Shown: piece by piece, positions 47,567 through 57,594 of the stretch
Position numbering within the stretch: the stretch's first letter is position 1
Layout: each line of letters opens with the position of its first letter
Assembly: GCA_004322275.1 (NCBI GenBank)
Contig: SCTA01000017.1
Location: 11,595-75,594, forward strand
Source of the DNA: a bacterium
GTDB lineage: Bacteria; Desulfobacterota; Deferrisomatia; Deferrisomatales; BM512
Direction: 5' to 3'
DNA: 64,000 bases
Notes under the pieces: model-generated
Databases searched by the model: none
Told to the model about the DNA's origin: nothing
The model's input: only the letters and a program-made list of their open reading frames with translations
Made by a program: the position numbers and the translations under genes

Positions 47567-48293
47567 AGGAGCCGACCGAAACCTCGCTCAGTATCTTCAC
47601 CATCAGGCGGCGGTCGTCGTCGGAAAACCAGATATACATGTGGGCGTCGGGGCTCTTGCCGAAAATCCCCTTTATCCCCTTCATCTGGGGCTCTACCTTG
47701 ACCGTTTTGAATTCGCCCAGCGGGGTCTTCACCTTCTCCCGGCCGAGGACTTTAAGGGTGCCGTCAACGACGCTCTTGCCGTCCGCTATCTTGAAGGGAA
47801 AAGTCCGCCCCTCTTCGGGGAGGGTGACGAGGCGGAAATAATAGATCATCGAGAGGGGGTCGCGGACATCGGGGGGAATCTCAAGGGTTTTCTTCAGCTT
47901 CCCGTCCTTGTAGTACTTTGACTCTGCGCCCGCGAACTCCACCCGCCGCTCAACCTCGTCGCCCCACCCTTCCTTGCCGGAGGTGGTGAAGAGAGTGGAA
48001 CCGAAATCGGCGGGATTTATGTTGGATTCGTATTTCACGTTCAGGGGGTAAAGGATGCCGACGCCGGAATTGGTCTTGGCGATGGCGTTGAAACGAATCT
48101 GTCCGGACTCGCCGGATTTTACGGTAAGCTTCGCGGTGCCCGCCGCCACTCCCGACCAGCTTACGTCGTACCTGGCCTCCTCCCCGATGAAAGAGGCGGC
48201 CTTTTCCTCCGGCGCTGAACAAAACGCTTCTGGGGCCGGGAAAAAAGCTGTAAAAAGAATGAGAGCGAAGATGAGGATATTTCTTTGGAGCAT
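47475..48293 (-). CDS. DUF3108-like secreted protein
   Basis: The internal Met gives the signal peptide MLQRNILIFALILFTAFFPAPEAFC. The beta-rich body (YDVSW.GV.AG...) resembles DUF3108. The upstream 222 codons of the ORF are Arg/Gly-rich junk. Confidence 0.65.
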   Translation of the reverse strand: MLQRNILIFALILFTAFFPAPEAFCSAPEEKAASFIGEEARYDVSWSGVAAGTAKLTVKSGESGQIRFNAIAKTNSGVGILYPLNVKYESNINPADFGSTLFTTSGKEGWGDEVERRVEFAGAESKYYKDGKLKKTLEIPPDVRDPLSMIYYFRLVTLPEEGRTFPFKIADGKSVVDGTLKVLGREKVKTPLGEFKTVKVEPQMKGIKGIFGKSPDAHMYIWFSDDDRRLMVKILSEVSVGSFTALLSGLQGATLPHQEPVSELPALKEEAR

Positions 48294-48341
48294 CGGACAA
48301 TAATACACAAATCCGGATGGTTTGAAATAGAGGGGGTTGTC

Positions 48342-49010
48342 ATGGCGCCGGTTCTCGCCGGTTTTTCGGGGCTGGTCCACGGCTTCACCACGCGCTCCTT
48401 CGGCGATTTCAAGGCTCCCGGCATTCCCGAAACCCTCGCCCGCGGCGAGAAGATGAACCGGCTTCGCCTGCTCCGGCAGGTTCACGGGGTACGTCTCGTC
48501 TCGCCTTTCGACGAGGAAAAGAAGCCCTCGGCGGACGGCTGGACGGGCGTACCCCCCGCCGGAATCCTCCTCGGAGTGAAGACCGCGGACTGCCTTTCCG
48601 TGCTTCTCTATGATGAAACCAGCGGCATCACCGCAGCGGTGCATGCGGGGTGGCGAAGCGCCGTCGCGGGGATTTGCGCTATTGCGGTCAGGGAAATGGA
48701 GAGGGAGAGCGCGCGGCCATCGTCGATTGTCGCCGCCCTCGGCCCCTCCATCGGACCCTGCTGCTTCGAGGTCGGCCCCGAGGTCGCCCTCGCGGGGGCG
48801 AAACGGCCAGAGTGTTTCCGTGCTGGCGAAGCCGGCAAATTCTTCTTCGACCTTCCGGGCTACTGCGCCGGGGAGCTCTCCGAGGCGGGGCTTTCGCCGG
48901 GCAATATCTCCACCCTCGGCCTCTGCACCAGATGCGAAGAAAAGCTGTTCTTTTCTCACCGCAGGGGCGACGCGGGGAGGATGTGCTCCTATATCGGGAG
49001 GCTTCGATGA
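48342..49010 (+). CDS. pgeF: Peptidoglycan editing factor PgeF (YfiH/DUF152, laccase-domain protein)
   Basis: The sequence HGFTTR...QVHG...TADCL...HAGWRS...GPSIGPCCFEV...CT.C....FSHRR matches the family. Confidence 0.85.
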   Translation: MAPVLAGFSGLVHGFTTRSFGDFKAPGIPETLARGEKMNRLRLLRQVHGVRLVSPFDEEKKPSADGWTGVPPAGILLGVKTADCLSVLLYDETSGITAAVHAGWRSAVAGICAIAVREMERESARPSSIVAALGPSIGPCCFEVGPEVALAGAKRPECFRAGEAGKFFFDLPGYCAGELSEAGLSPGNISTLGLCTRCEEKLFFSHRRGDAGRMCSYIGRLR

Positions 49011-49672
49011 TACGCCGGATGCCCGAAACCCCCATAAAGCGGGTCGGCCTGACCGGCTCCATAGCCACCGGCAAGTCTCTCGCGGCCTCCTTCTTCGAGG
49101 AGCTCGGAGTCACCGTCATAGACGCCGATCTGCTCGCGAGGAAGGTAGTGGAACCGGGAACCCCGGCGCTTGGCGAGATTGTGAAGAGGTTCGGCCCCAA
49201 AGTCCTTCTGAAGGACGGCTCTCTCGACAGGGCTGCCCTCGGGAAGCTGATTTTCCCGGACGAAAAGGCCCGGAGCGACCTGAACGCCATTATCCACCCG
49301 CGGGTGGCGAGGGAAGCCGAACTGGAGTTTTCCCGCGCTTTCGCGGCCGACCCGGATTCCTTCGTGGTATACAACGTACCCCTCCTCTACGAGACCGGGA
49401 TGGAGAAGGGTTTCGATCTCGTCGTGGTTGTAGTGGCCAGCCCCTCGACGCAGCTCGAAAGGCTCACCACCCGCGACGGTTTTACGCTTTTTGAAGCGCG
49501 CGAAAGAATCGCGTCACAGATGGACATTTTCAAGAAGGCGGGGCTTGCCGGGGCGGTGCTCGAAAACGAAGGCTCGGTGGAGGAGCTCCGGCTGCAGGTC
49601 GCCGCGCTCGCGGCCGCCATACGCGGCCACAATGACAAAACGCGAAAAGACTTGACAAATCGCCATTCTTAA
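49007..49672 (+). CDS. coaE: Dephospho-CoA kinase
   Basis: The sequence VGLTGSIATGKS...IDADLLAR...IHPRV matches CoaE. It makes an ATGA overlap with pgeF. Confidence 0.9.
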   Translation: MIRRMPETPIKRVGLTGSIATGKSLAASFFEELGVTVIDADLLARKVVEPGTPALGEIVKRFGPKVLLKDGSLDRAALGKLIFPDEKARSDLNAIIHPRVAREAELEFSRAFAADPDSFVVYNVPLLYETGMEKGFDLVVVVVASPSTQLERLTTRDGFTLFEARERIASQMDIFKKAGLAGAVLENEGSVEELRLQVAALAAAIRGHNDKTRKDLTNRHS

Positions 49673-49904
49673 CGATACTTAGAATCACACGAAAAATTTA
49701 GCCCTGCCTCAAGCATTTTCCACGCCTCGCATTTTGGGTAATTGAAAATACAACTTACAGCCGTCCACAAGTCTCAATTTACCGCAGACTTCTGATAAAA
49801 AACCGGAGCCGCAAACTCCTTGCAAATGCTTGTCCTCCAACCAGATTCAACCCTTTAAACCCACATCCTGAGGGAAACCCAAGTCCCGCCGGAGCACCCA
49901 ATTC
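49673..49904 (+). promoter_or_regulatory. C-rich, G-poor leader region upstream of rho (possible rut-like autoregulatory leader)
   Basis: By hand count there are roughly 53 C and 24 G in 49741-49900, in an otherwise G+C-balanced genome. The region sits immediately upstream of the rho ATG. Confidence 0.4.
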
Positions 49905-51152
49905 ATGCATCTTCAAGAACTCAAGAACAAACCCATAAACGAACTGATCGAGATGGGCGACACCTTCCAGATAGAGGGCGCGTCGAGGCTGCGGAAGGCG
50001 GACCTCATCTTCGCCCTGCTTCGGGCCCAGACCGAGCAGAACGGAAACATCTTCGGCGAGGGAGTCCTCGAACTGCTCCCGGACGGCTTCGGCTTTCTGC
50101 GCTCGCCCGATTACAGCTATCTGCCGGGGCCCGACGACATCTACGTCTCCCCCAGCCAGATACGCCGCTTCGGCCTCCGCACGGGAGACACCGTAAACGG
50201 GCAGATACGCCAGCCCAAGGAATCGGAGAGGTATTTCGCGCTCCTCAAGGTCTCCACGATAAACGGAGACACCCCCGAGCAGGCCCGCCACAGACTCCTC
50301 TTCGACAACCTCACCCCGATCTACCCCAACAGAAGAATAAAGCTCGAAGTGCAGCCCACCCGCTACACCATGCGGGTGATGGATCTGGTCTCCCCCGTGG
50401 GCATGGGGCAGCGCGGCCTCATCGTCGCCCCCCCGCGCACCGGCAAGACCGTTCTTCTGCAGGAAATATCCAATTCCATTACCCAGAACCACCCCGACGT
50501 AGTCCAGATAGTCCTTCTCATCGACGAGCGCCCCGAGGAAGTCACCGACATGCAGCGCTCCGTCAAGGGCGAGGTCATCTCCTCCACCTTCGATGAACAG
50601 GCCCAGCGCCACGTACAGGTCGCCGAGATGGTCATCGAGAAGGCCAAAAGGCTCGTCGAGCATGGCAAGGACGTAGTCATCCTCCTCGATTCCATAACCC
50701 GTCTCGCCCGCGCCTACAACACCGTCGTCCCCCACTCCGGAAAGATTCTCTCCGGCGGCGTCGATTCCAACGCCCTCCACAAGCCCAAGCGCTTCTTCGG
50801 CGCGGCCAGAAACATTGAAGAGGGCGGCAGCCTCACCATCATCGCCACCGCGCTCGTGGACACCGGCTCCAGGATGGACGAAGTCATCTTCGAGGAGTTC
50901 AAGGGCACCGGCAACATGGAGCTGGTACTCGACAGAAAGCTCGCCGACAGGCGCGTCTTCCCCGCCATCGACATCCAGAAATCAGGCACCAGAAAAGAAG
51001 ACCTCATACTGGAGCCGATGGAACTCAACCGCATCTGGATACTGCGCAAAGTCCTCTCCGCCCTCAACCCGCAGGACGCGATGGAATTTCTGCTCGACAA
51101 GATGAAGGGGACCAAATCGAATCAGGAGTTTTTCGACACCATGAGCACATAA
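49905..51152 (+). CDS. rho: Transcription termination factor Rho
   Basis: The sequence [11 protein letters not shown]...[15 protein letters not shown]...[10 protein letters not shown] is full-length Rho. Confidence 0.97.
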   Translation: MHLQELKNKPINELIEMGDTFQIEGASRLRKADLIFALLRAQTEQNGNIFGEGVLELLPDGFGFLRSPDYSYLPGPDDIYVSPSQIRRFGLRTGDTVNGQIRQPKESERYFALLKVSTINGDTPEQARHRLLFDNLTPIYPNRRIKLEVQPTRYTMRVMDLVSPVGMGQRGLIVAPPRTGKTVLLQEISNSITQNHPDVVQIVLLIDERPEEVTDMQRSVKGEVISSTFDEQAQRHVQVAEMVIEKAKRLVEHGKDVVILLDSITRLARAYNTVVPHSGKILSGGVDSNALHKPKRFFGAARNIEEGGSLTIIATALVDTGSRMDEVIFEEFKGTGNMELVLDRKLADRRVFPAIDIQKSGTRKEDLILEPMELNRIWILRKVLSALNPQDAMEFLLDKMKGTKSNQEFFDTMST

Positions 51153-51223
51153 AACTGCTGCGCGGCTCCTCGCATCCGGACCGCTCGCAACGTTTTATTT
51201 CTTACCTGAATATGTTCCAGGAT

Positions 51224-51256
51224 TGAAAAAGGCCGCTCAATGAGCGGCCTTTCTTG
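51224..51256. terminator. Bidirectional hairpin terminator between rho and the convergent cytochrome gene
   Basis: The sequence is AAAAA-GGCCGCTCA-A-TGAGCGGCC-TTTCTT. Confidence 0.75.
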
Positions 51257-51291
51257 TTGTATGAGTGCAATAGGCCGAGAACCCATCCTGC

Positions 51292-52848
51292 CTAATGACA
51301 AGCATTACAAAGTGCATTGTCATTGTGGTACCGCACCCGGAGCATGTCGTTGTCGGGGACCCTCGTCAAGTCTACGGCGCCGGTGGTGAAGAAGATCAGG
51401 TCGGTCCCGTGGGGATTGTGGCAGGTGACGCACATCACCCGGTCGGTCTCCCCCTGGTTGCCAACGTAGCGCGCCACGGGTAGGACGACGAAGGGGACGG
51501 GCCGGGGCGGCGGGGGCTGCGTGGTGTCGCCGGGCTTTCCTCCCCAGAAGTCGACGAAATAGTCGACGTCGCCGGAAGCGTTGGCGGCCCCGTAGGCGGA
51601 TTGGGAATATCTCCATTCATAAAGCTCCACCCAGGAGGTGCTTTCATCGACGTCCGTCATGATTTCCTGGCCCGGTGCAGGTTCTATCGGCTCCGCTTCC
51701 CCAGGGTAACTTCCCCAGAAACTCGGGTGATGGATGAGCGCGCCCTTAACAGCCGGGCCCGGATATATTGCTGCGCTGTGACAACTGTTGCAGAGCCCGG
51801 CGGCGGAGTGGGTCTCGTCTTCGAGAACCGTGTTCACGAGGCGGTGAAGGTTTTGTGCGGCCGGAGGAAAATGGGGGGCCGAGTTGTCGTGGCAGGCCTC
51901 GCAGGTGAGGGGAGTCGTCCCCGCCCCGCTGTCCCTGAAGGGATCCTCTTGCTCAATCCCGGCGTCGCCGTGGCCGCCCCGTGAGAAACCGCTGACGGTG
52001 CCGAAGTAGTTTGCGGCCACGCCTTTGGCGGGGCCGCCGCCCGCCTTAGAGTCGTAGACTGTGGTCCCACCGTCCTTCTGCAACTTAATGTCCGGAGCGT
52101 CGCCGGGGTGCACCGGGTCGTAGCCGTGGCAGCCGCCGCAGACGAAGGAACGGCCCAGTGGATCGTAGACCGAGGAGGCGTCGCCATCATCGGCGTATTC
52201 GGCCCGGGTGTAGTCCCACAGAAGGCGGGGACGGCTGGGGAATCCGGCTGAGAGCCGGTCATAGCCGTTCGAGTAGGGGGCGGTATCCGTGGCTGCGACG
52301 TTATAGGGTACGCCGGGCCCGTGGCAGTCCACCTGGGCGCACTCCTGAGGTTCGCCACCGGCAATTACTCCCGTCCCCAGGGTTTGGCCGTTGTAGGAAC
52401 CCGATGCTGCGAAGTGGCCTCGTCCGTCGGCGAGGAGTACACGCGAGCGCGCGGAAGCGTCCCACGCCCAGGCTGCGTTTTTGTTCCGCCCCGAGGAGTT
52501 GTGAGTAGCCGCGCGACCCGCTCCGGCGCCGTGACAGGGCGAGCACAGGTCGTCGGCTGACGGGGTCGCGTTCGCCTCCCGGAAGCGCGCCAGCAAAAAA
52601 TCGACGTGGATCTTGTGCGCCCCTCCGCCGCTGGGATAGTTCTCCACCCTCTCGGCTCCCGCCACGCCCGCAGCCTCGCCCGGGGCGACCGGAGGGACGC
52701 CATGACAGTCGCCGCACTCCGGAAGGGCGGCCCCAGGGCCGTATGAGCCAACGTCGGAGCAACCTCCCCCGGCGACGCACAGGAACGCCATAACCCCAAA
52801 GGCCGAACCTATCCTGGGGAGAACTTGGGCAATATGCTTGATTACCAT
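51292..52848 (-). CDS. Lipoprotein-type multiheme cytochrome c with a CX4CH motif
   Basis: The internal Met gives a signal with a lipobox-like AGGGC. There are seven CXXCH motifs (CGDCH, CSPCH, CGGCH, CEACH, CNSCH, CVTCH, CNACH) plus CAQVDCH (CX4CH). The last heme motif is at the extreme C-terminus. Confidence 0.75.
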   Translation of the reverse strand: MVIKHIAQVLPRIGSAFGVMAFLCVAGGGCSDVGSYGPGAALPECGDCHGVPPVAPGEAAGVAGAERVENYPSGGGAHKIHVDFLLARFREANATPSADDLCSPCHGAGAGRAATHNSSGRNKNAAWAWDASARSRVLLADGRGHFAASGSYNGQTLGTGVIAGGEPQECAQVDCHGPGVPYNVAATDTAPYSNGYDRLSAGFPSRPRLLWDYTRAEYADDGDASSVYDPLGRSFVCGGCHGYDPVHPGDAPDIKLQKDGGTTVYDSKAGGGPAKGVAANYFGTVSGFSRGGHGDAGIEQEDPFRDSGAGTTPLTCEACHDNSAPHFPPAAQNLHRLVNTVLEDETHSAAGLCNSCHSAAIYPGPAVKGALIHHPSFWGSYPGEAEPIEPAPGQEIMTDVDESTSWVELYEWRYSQSAYGAANASGDVDYFVDFWGGKPGDTTQPPPPRPVPFVVLPVARYVGNQGETDRVMCVTCHNPHGTDLIFFTTGAVDLTRVPDNDMLRVRYHNDNALCNACH

Positions 52849-52901
52849 TACGCTTCTGTCCGGGTTCGGGTGGAATGGGGCGGAATTCATTAAGAAAGCT
52901 C

Positions 52902-52933
52902 GCACATGAGTGGAATCATTTCAGCTCATGTGC
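52902..52933. promoter_or_regulatory. Perfect 9-bp inverted repeat upstream of the lipoprotein cytochrome gene (candidate operator)
   Basis: GCACATGAG-N14-CTCATGTGC lies 54-85 nt upstream of the chosen start at 52848. Confidence 0.3.
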
Positions 52934-53261
52934 TCGAAGATATTCTTTTCACAGCTATGCATACAATAAAATTTACCTTCGAGTCCAAAAACATTCCGTT
53001 AATTCGTTTTTGACGAGCCTTCACTTCGCCCTCCCCGTGGCCCGTAGGTGACGCAGGGAGCGGAGGTGGAAAGGGCGGCGGGGGGGTCTTAGTGAGCGTA
53101 GCGAACGGGTGCCCCGTACGGCCCAGCCAGAACGAAGTGGTCGCGCTTTTAAAGCGCGAGCGACGAGTCCGGGCTGTGTTTTGGGCCACCTTTTGCTCAC
53201 TCAAATGGTGGCTTGGAGCGCGAGGCAAGGCCTCGCAAGTTGTAGCTGGTCTCCTACATCT

Positions 53262-53290
53262 AAAAAGGCCGCTCATCGAGCGGCCTTTTA
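53262..53290. terminator. Hairpin terminator after 53309..53767, near-identical to the one at 51224
   Basis: The sequence is AAAAA-GGCCGCTC-ATC-GAGCGGCC-TTTT. Confidence 0.7.
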
Positions 53291-53308
53291 ATGTTCTCTT
53301 CATATTTT

Positions 53309-53767
53309 TCAATCCCCCCAGACTGCGAGGCCGGTGTTGGTGAGGAGGTAGAATTCGTCGTCGAGGATGCGGCGGTTGAGTTCTATTTCTTCGGCCACCC
53401 GGCGAAGCAGCGTCCTTTCCTCGCCGGTTTTCGCTCTAGCGGCTTCCCGGATTTTTTCGCCGCTTTCTTTTTCGAGGGCGATATCCGCCTCAAGCGCGGC
53501 AAGGGCGTCGGCGTGCGCCGTTTTTGCCTCCATTGCGGCAAAATCCACGGCAGTTTCCACCATGCCGGAATCGCTCTCTTCATAGACCGGAGTCAGGCGT
53601 TTTTTCAGAAGTTCGGCGTTGTGTCCGTGAAACTCCGCGAGCTCCCGGAACATCGCGGCCCCCTTGGGGTTGTCGGTGAGTCTGGCCGATTCGGCGTTTC
53701 GGCGCGCGGCTCTTTCTTCCTCGCGGATCGCCGTTTCCAGCTCCCGCGGGATCTCTTTTCTGGCCAT
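53309..53767 (-). CDS. Hypothetical Glu/Ala-rich helical protein
   Basis: The internal Met is preceded by GGAGGA. The 152-aa product has no motif I can assign. Confidence 0.5.
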   Translation of the reverse strand: MARKEIPRELETAIREEERAARRNAESARLTDNPKGAAMFRELAEFHGHNAELLKKRLTPVYEESDSGMVETAVDFAAMEAKTAHADALAALEADIALEKESGEKIREAARAKTGEERTLLRRVAEEIELNRRILDDEFYLLTNTGLAVWGD

Positions 53768-54017
53768 TGTAAACTCCTCCAATGAAGTCCCGGAGTTCCC
53801 GCGCTGCCTGCTTCGCTCCTTTCTCCTTTTGGTCCCTGAGCTGGAAACTCCGGGGAATTCGCGATCCCGGGGAATCGCCGGAAGAAACATTGTGAAGTAT
53901 TGCACTAATTAAGTAGTACTGCACTATTTTGGGGGTGTCAACCGGAAAAAAGAGCCGGGAGGGCGCTTTTATTCTTCGGGGGCGAGAGGTTTTTACGCTT
54001 CCGGGAACTGGCGGCGC

Positions 54018-54431
54018 TTAAAACAGGAGCTCCGCGATTTCCCGGACGCTGCGCACGAGCTGTCCGTGGCCGCTGTGGAGGTAGACGCCGAGCTGGGCGA
54101 TGAGATCGACCGCGAAGGCGAACTGGGCGAGGGCGAAACCGGCTATTGTGAACTGGCTTACGCTGACGACGCCTATTCCGAATTGGGAGAGGGTGAAGAT
54201 TCCGGCGGCGAACTGGCCTATGGCTATTATTCCCCTTGCGGGCACCGGCATACGGTTCGCCCGGTACTTGAAGGAGACGTGGACGAGCGGCATTCCCATG
54301 AAGGTTCTTTGGCTCTTGTACTCGAAGCCGTAGCCGTCCCACTTTTCCCTGGCCGGGTAGGGGGCTCCGCACTGGGGGCACATGAAGGCGTTTTCCGAAA
54401 CCGTGCGCCCGCACTCCCGGCAGGTTTTCAT
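54018..54431 (-). CDS. Zinc-ribbon domain membrane protein
   Basis: The N-terminal zinc ribbon is CRECG..x..CPQCG. Repeated hydrophobic xQF segments follow (GQFAAGIF, SQFGIGVV, SQFTIAGF, AQFAFAV). The ATGA overlap with the upstream kinase stop suggests translational coupling. Confidence 0.6.
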   Translation of the reverse strand: MKTCRECGRTVSENAFMCPQCGAPYPAREKWDGYGFEYKSQRTFMGMPLVHVSFKYRANRMPVPARGIIAIGQFAAGIFTLSQFGIGVVSVSQFTIAGFALAQFAFAVDLIAQLGVYLHSGHGQLVRSVREIAELLF

Positions 54432-57142
54432 GCCGGCTGGGTCCCGTCGAGCACTTCGCGGATCTTGGCGCCGAGGGTTTTGAGGGAGAAGGGCTTTGAG
54501 AGGAAATTGACGCCTTCGTCGATAACTCCCCTGTGGGCTATCACGTTGGCGGTGTAGCCGGACATGAAGAGGCATTTAAGGCCAGGCTGTATGGCGGATA
54601 TCTTCTCGTAGAGCTCTTTTCCGTTCATTTCGGGCATTACCACGTCGGTTACGAGCAGGCCGATTGCGCCTTTGTTCTCTTCGGCGAGCCTGAGCGCCTC
54701 CGCAGGGCTTCCGGCGGCCAGCACGCGGTAGCCGAGCGAGGCGAGAATCCGCCTGCCGAGGCCGAGTATCGCTTCTTCGTCCTCGACGAGGAGAATCGTC
54801 TCGCTGCCCCCCAGGGTTACACTGCCGGGTTCCGCCGCAGTTTCGGCTTTTGCCAGCGTCCGGGGCAGGTAGATGCGGAAGGTGGTGCCGAGGCCGGGCT
54901 CGCTGTAGACGTTTATGAAGCCGCCGTTCTGCTTGACTATGCCGTAGACGGTGGAAAGGCCGAGCCCCGTGCCCTTGCCGCGTTCCTTGGTGGTGAAGAA
55001 GGGGTCGAAGATTTTCGCCAGTTCCTCTTTTTTCATGCCCGCGCCGCTGTCGCTGACGGCGAGAAGGACGTACTCTCCCGGCATGAAGCCCGCGTGGCCT
55101 TCGCAGTACTGTTCGTCCAGAGTCACGTTGTCGGTCTCGATCTCTACCTTGCCGACCCCCTGTATAGCGTCCCGGGCGTTGGTGACGAGATTCGCCATTA
55201 GCTGGTCTACCTGCGAGGGGTCGATTTTAACCCTCCAGAGGTCTTTCCCCGGCTTCCATTCGAGGTAGATGTCTTCGCCGATAAGCCGGCGGAGCATTTT
55301 CTGCATCGGCTCTATCGTATCGTTCAGGTCGAGCACCTTCGGAGCCACCGTCTGCTTGCGGGCGAAGGCAAGAAGCTGGCGGGTTATTTCCGCCGAGCGC
55401 TTCGCGGCCTTTTGTATCTCCTCAAGGTCCTCCCGTAGCGGATTTTGGGGCTCTATCTGCTCCAGCGCGAATTCGGCGTGGCCGAGAATGACCCCCAGCA
55501 TGTTGTTGAAATCGTGGGCGACGCCCCCCGCGAGCTGGCCGACCGATTCTATCTTCTGGGACTGAAGCAGCTGGCCCTCCAGCTTGGCCCGCTCCGCCTC
55601 CATGCGCTTTATTTCGCTGAGGTCGCGAAAAAAGCCCAGAGTGGCGGTCCCCTCGGGCAACTGTATCATGGCGATGTCGATCAGGAAGGGGAAAGTGGTT
55701 CCGTCCCGCCTGATGCCCGTGGTTTCATAGGCGTTTGGCACCTCTTCGCCCCTTTCGCGCCGTTTGTTGCGATCGATCAGTTCAGCGTGGGCTTCTTTCG
55801 GCAAAAGAGCGGTTATCGGGACGTTGACAAGTTCTTCCGGGCTGTCGTAGCCGAAGAGACGGGCATGGGCCGGGTTCACGAGGACGTGTTTTTGTCCTCT
55901 CGCTATGCCGATGCCCACCGGAGCGCCCTCGAAGATGGCGCGGAATCTCTCCTCGCTGGTCAGCAGGGCCTTTTCGGCCCTCTCCATGCGCTTTCTCTGA
56001 ACGAGCAGCGCGCCTATGAGCAAGGACTGAGCGATAAAGACGACAAAACCAAAAATTATAAATCCCTTGTACTGGTCCCAGAGAAGCGGGGGCCGGTCGA
56101 TGAAGACGCTCTCTTCGGGGAGGTTTTTCGGGTGGCCTCCCCACCGCTCGATCTGCTTCCAGTCGAAGACGGGAACCGCCCTGTTGTCGGCTACCGTCAC
56201 GGGCTTTTCGAGGACAAGTTTTTTGCCGAGGATGTCCAGCGCGCCGACGGCGGTTGTTTCGCCGAGGTCCTTTACGCTTATCACCGAGCCGCCGATGCCG
56301 CCGTTGGTGAGGTTGAAGTCGTAGAGCCCGAAGACGGGGGCGTTGGCCGCCCTGGTAATCATCCCCTCGACCTCGTAGGCGAGGGTTGCGCGGCCGTTCG
56401 TATCCTTGTTGTACTGGGTGAAGATGATTACGGAGAAGGGGGGGAGGGTTGAAACCCGGTGGAGCATCTCCGGAAGGGAGAGGCCTGTGGTGTATTCCTG
56501 CTCCACCTTCCCCTGCCAGGGCTGGGCGGTCTTTGACGCCTCGGAAGCCATCTTCCTGTCGGCCTCGCTCGCTCCGGAAACGAAGACCACCCGCCGGGTG
56601 GAAGGGAAAAGCTCGAACGCCCGCTCAAGGGTTCCCTTTATGTCGAAGTGCGCCACCTGGCAGAGGAATTTTCGCCCCGCAGCCTCTTCTTCGGAGGGCG
56701 GGGGCGCCTGCACGGTGATTACCGGAGCGGAGGGAGCCAGCTCTTTTCCTTCCCGCAGCAGAAACCACAGCGCGGGCTGCTGCACGGTGACGACAAGATC
56801 GAACTTCCTGGAGGAGTACTTCTCCCTTAGCAGGGAAAGCAGCTTTTGCGGGTACTCCCTGTCCTCCTGATGTCGCCCCAGATCCAGAAACTCGGAATAG
56901 ACGTCGTTTGCGCTTACCCCCCCCTTGCTGAGAGCGGTGAAAAAACCCTCGTTGAAAATCCTCACTCCCTGGCCCCCGTGGCCGTAGGAGTAAAGAAGGA
57001 GGATGCTTTTGGGGGCGGCTTCGGGTGAACCGGCGTGCTGCGCCCTTGCCCGAGCGGGGCAGGCGAAGTGCGCGCAGAGTAAAAGCAGCGTCGCCGCGAG
57101 AGCGAAAATACGCCTTGCCGACGCCATCCGGTAGTCACTCAT
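54428..57142 (-). CDS. Hybrid sensor histidine kinase/response regulator (periplasmic binding-protein-like sensor, PAS, HisKA, HATPase, REC)
   Basis: It has a signal/TM segment, then a second TM ([21 protein letters not shown]). The H box is VAHDFNNML, the G boxes are GTGLGLS, and the C-terminal receiver shows ILLVEDE...[11 protein letters not shown]. Confidence 0.9.
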   Translation of the reverse strand: MSDYRMASARRIFALAATLLLLCAHFACPARARAQHAGSPEAAPKSILLLYSYGHGGQGVRIFNEGFFTALSKGGVSANDVYSEFLDLGRHQEDREYPQKLLSLLREKYSSRKFDLVVTVQQPALWFLLREGKELAPSAPVITVQAPPPSEEEAAGRKFLCQVAHFDIKGTLERAFELFPSTRRVVFVSGASEADRKMASEASKTAQPWQGKVEQEYTTGLSLPEMLHRVSTLPPFSVIIFTQYNKDTNGRATLAYEVEGMITRAANAPVFGLYDFNLTNGGIGGSVISVKDLGETTAVGALDILGKKLVLEKPVTVADNRAVPVFDWKQIERWGGHPKNLPEESVFIDRPPLLWDQYKGFIIFGFVVFIAQSLLIGALLVQRKRMERAEKALLTSEERFRAIFEGAPVGIGIARGQKHVLVNPAHARLFGYDSPEELVNVPITALLPKEAHAELIDRNKRRERGEEVPNAYETTGIRRDGTTFPFLIDIAMIQLPEGTATLGFFRDLSEIKRMEAERAKLEGQLLQSQKIESVGQLAGGVAHDFNNMLGVILGHAEFALEQIEPQNPLREDLEEIQKAAKRSAEITRQLLAFARKQTVAPKVLDLNDTIEPMQKMLRRLIGEDIYLEWKPGKDLWRVKIDPSQVDQLMANLVTNARDAIQGVGKVEIETDNVTLDEQYCEGHAGFMPGEYVLLAVSDSGAGMKKEELAKIFDPFFTTKERGKGTGLGLSTVYGIVKQNGGFINVYSEPGLGTTFRIYLPRTLAKAETAAEPGSVTLGGSETILLVEDEEAILGLGRRILASLGYRVLAAGSPAEALRLAEENKGAIGLLVTDVVMPEMNGKELYEKISAIQPGLKCLFMSGYTANVIAHRGVIDEGVNFLSKPFSLKTLGAKIREVLDGTQPA

Positions 57143-57230
57143 TCTTCAAGCTTCCCACTGACCAAAGAACCCCTTTGAAGTGTCCGCAAGACGGCTATTC
57201 TACGAAAGAGTTTACGGCGCGGCCTTCGTA

Positions 57231-57589
57231 TCCGGCGAGGAATCCCGCAGCACCCGCCTTCTCTAAGGCTACGGCGGGGCAGGGCTTCCCGCCAGTTTGA
57301 TGCCGGTTTTTCGCTACGCTCAAACCGGCAAACTATTTCGGCGAAGGGCAAGGAATCCGCAGGGCGCGCGGTCGCAGGCAGTAGCGTGACTACGACGGGA
57401 GCGCCCGAGAAACGACCCCCGGTAAAAGATTCCGAGGGCAGGCTTCGCCCTTCGCTGAAACAGCCTCCCGGCGGCGGCTTTTCCGTTCCCGGCGAGGAAT
57501 CCCGGAGCGAGAGGGCGAGACAGTAGCAGCGCTACGGCGAGCCCTTGAGCGAGGACATGACGACGCCGGGGACGGAAAGGATGCGCCGG
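57231..57589 (+). repeat. Composite repeat array between the two kinase genes (A-left fragment, C, B, B-right arm, full type III element about 57479..57589)
   Basis: It shares long identical strings with 26451.., 45322.. and 28973... It ends 5 nt from the stop of 57595..61131. Confidence 0.9.
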
Positions 57590-57594
57590 ACCCC

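Noticed and set aside
49779-50780. A 333-aa ORF lies on the minus strand.
   Set aside because: It is antisense to rho, has a low-complexity Gly/Asp/Val/Leu composition, and has no start context.
53030-53260. I considered a known housekeeping ncRNA or riboswitch (tmRNA, SRP RNA, RNase P RNA, 6S RNA, cobalamin riboswitch) in the GC-rich non-coding tract.
   Set aside because: I found no tRNA-like 3' end with CCA context, no GGAAG/AGCAGCC SRP domain IV motif and no GAGGAAAGUCCGGGC P4 motif. The only B12-box-like string (GGAGACCAGC, minus strand) is in the wrong position relative to the rest. The tract is kept only as an unexplained structured region.
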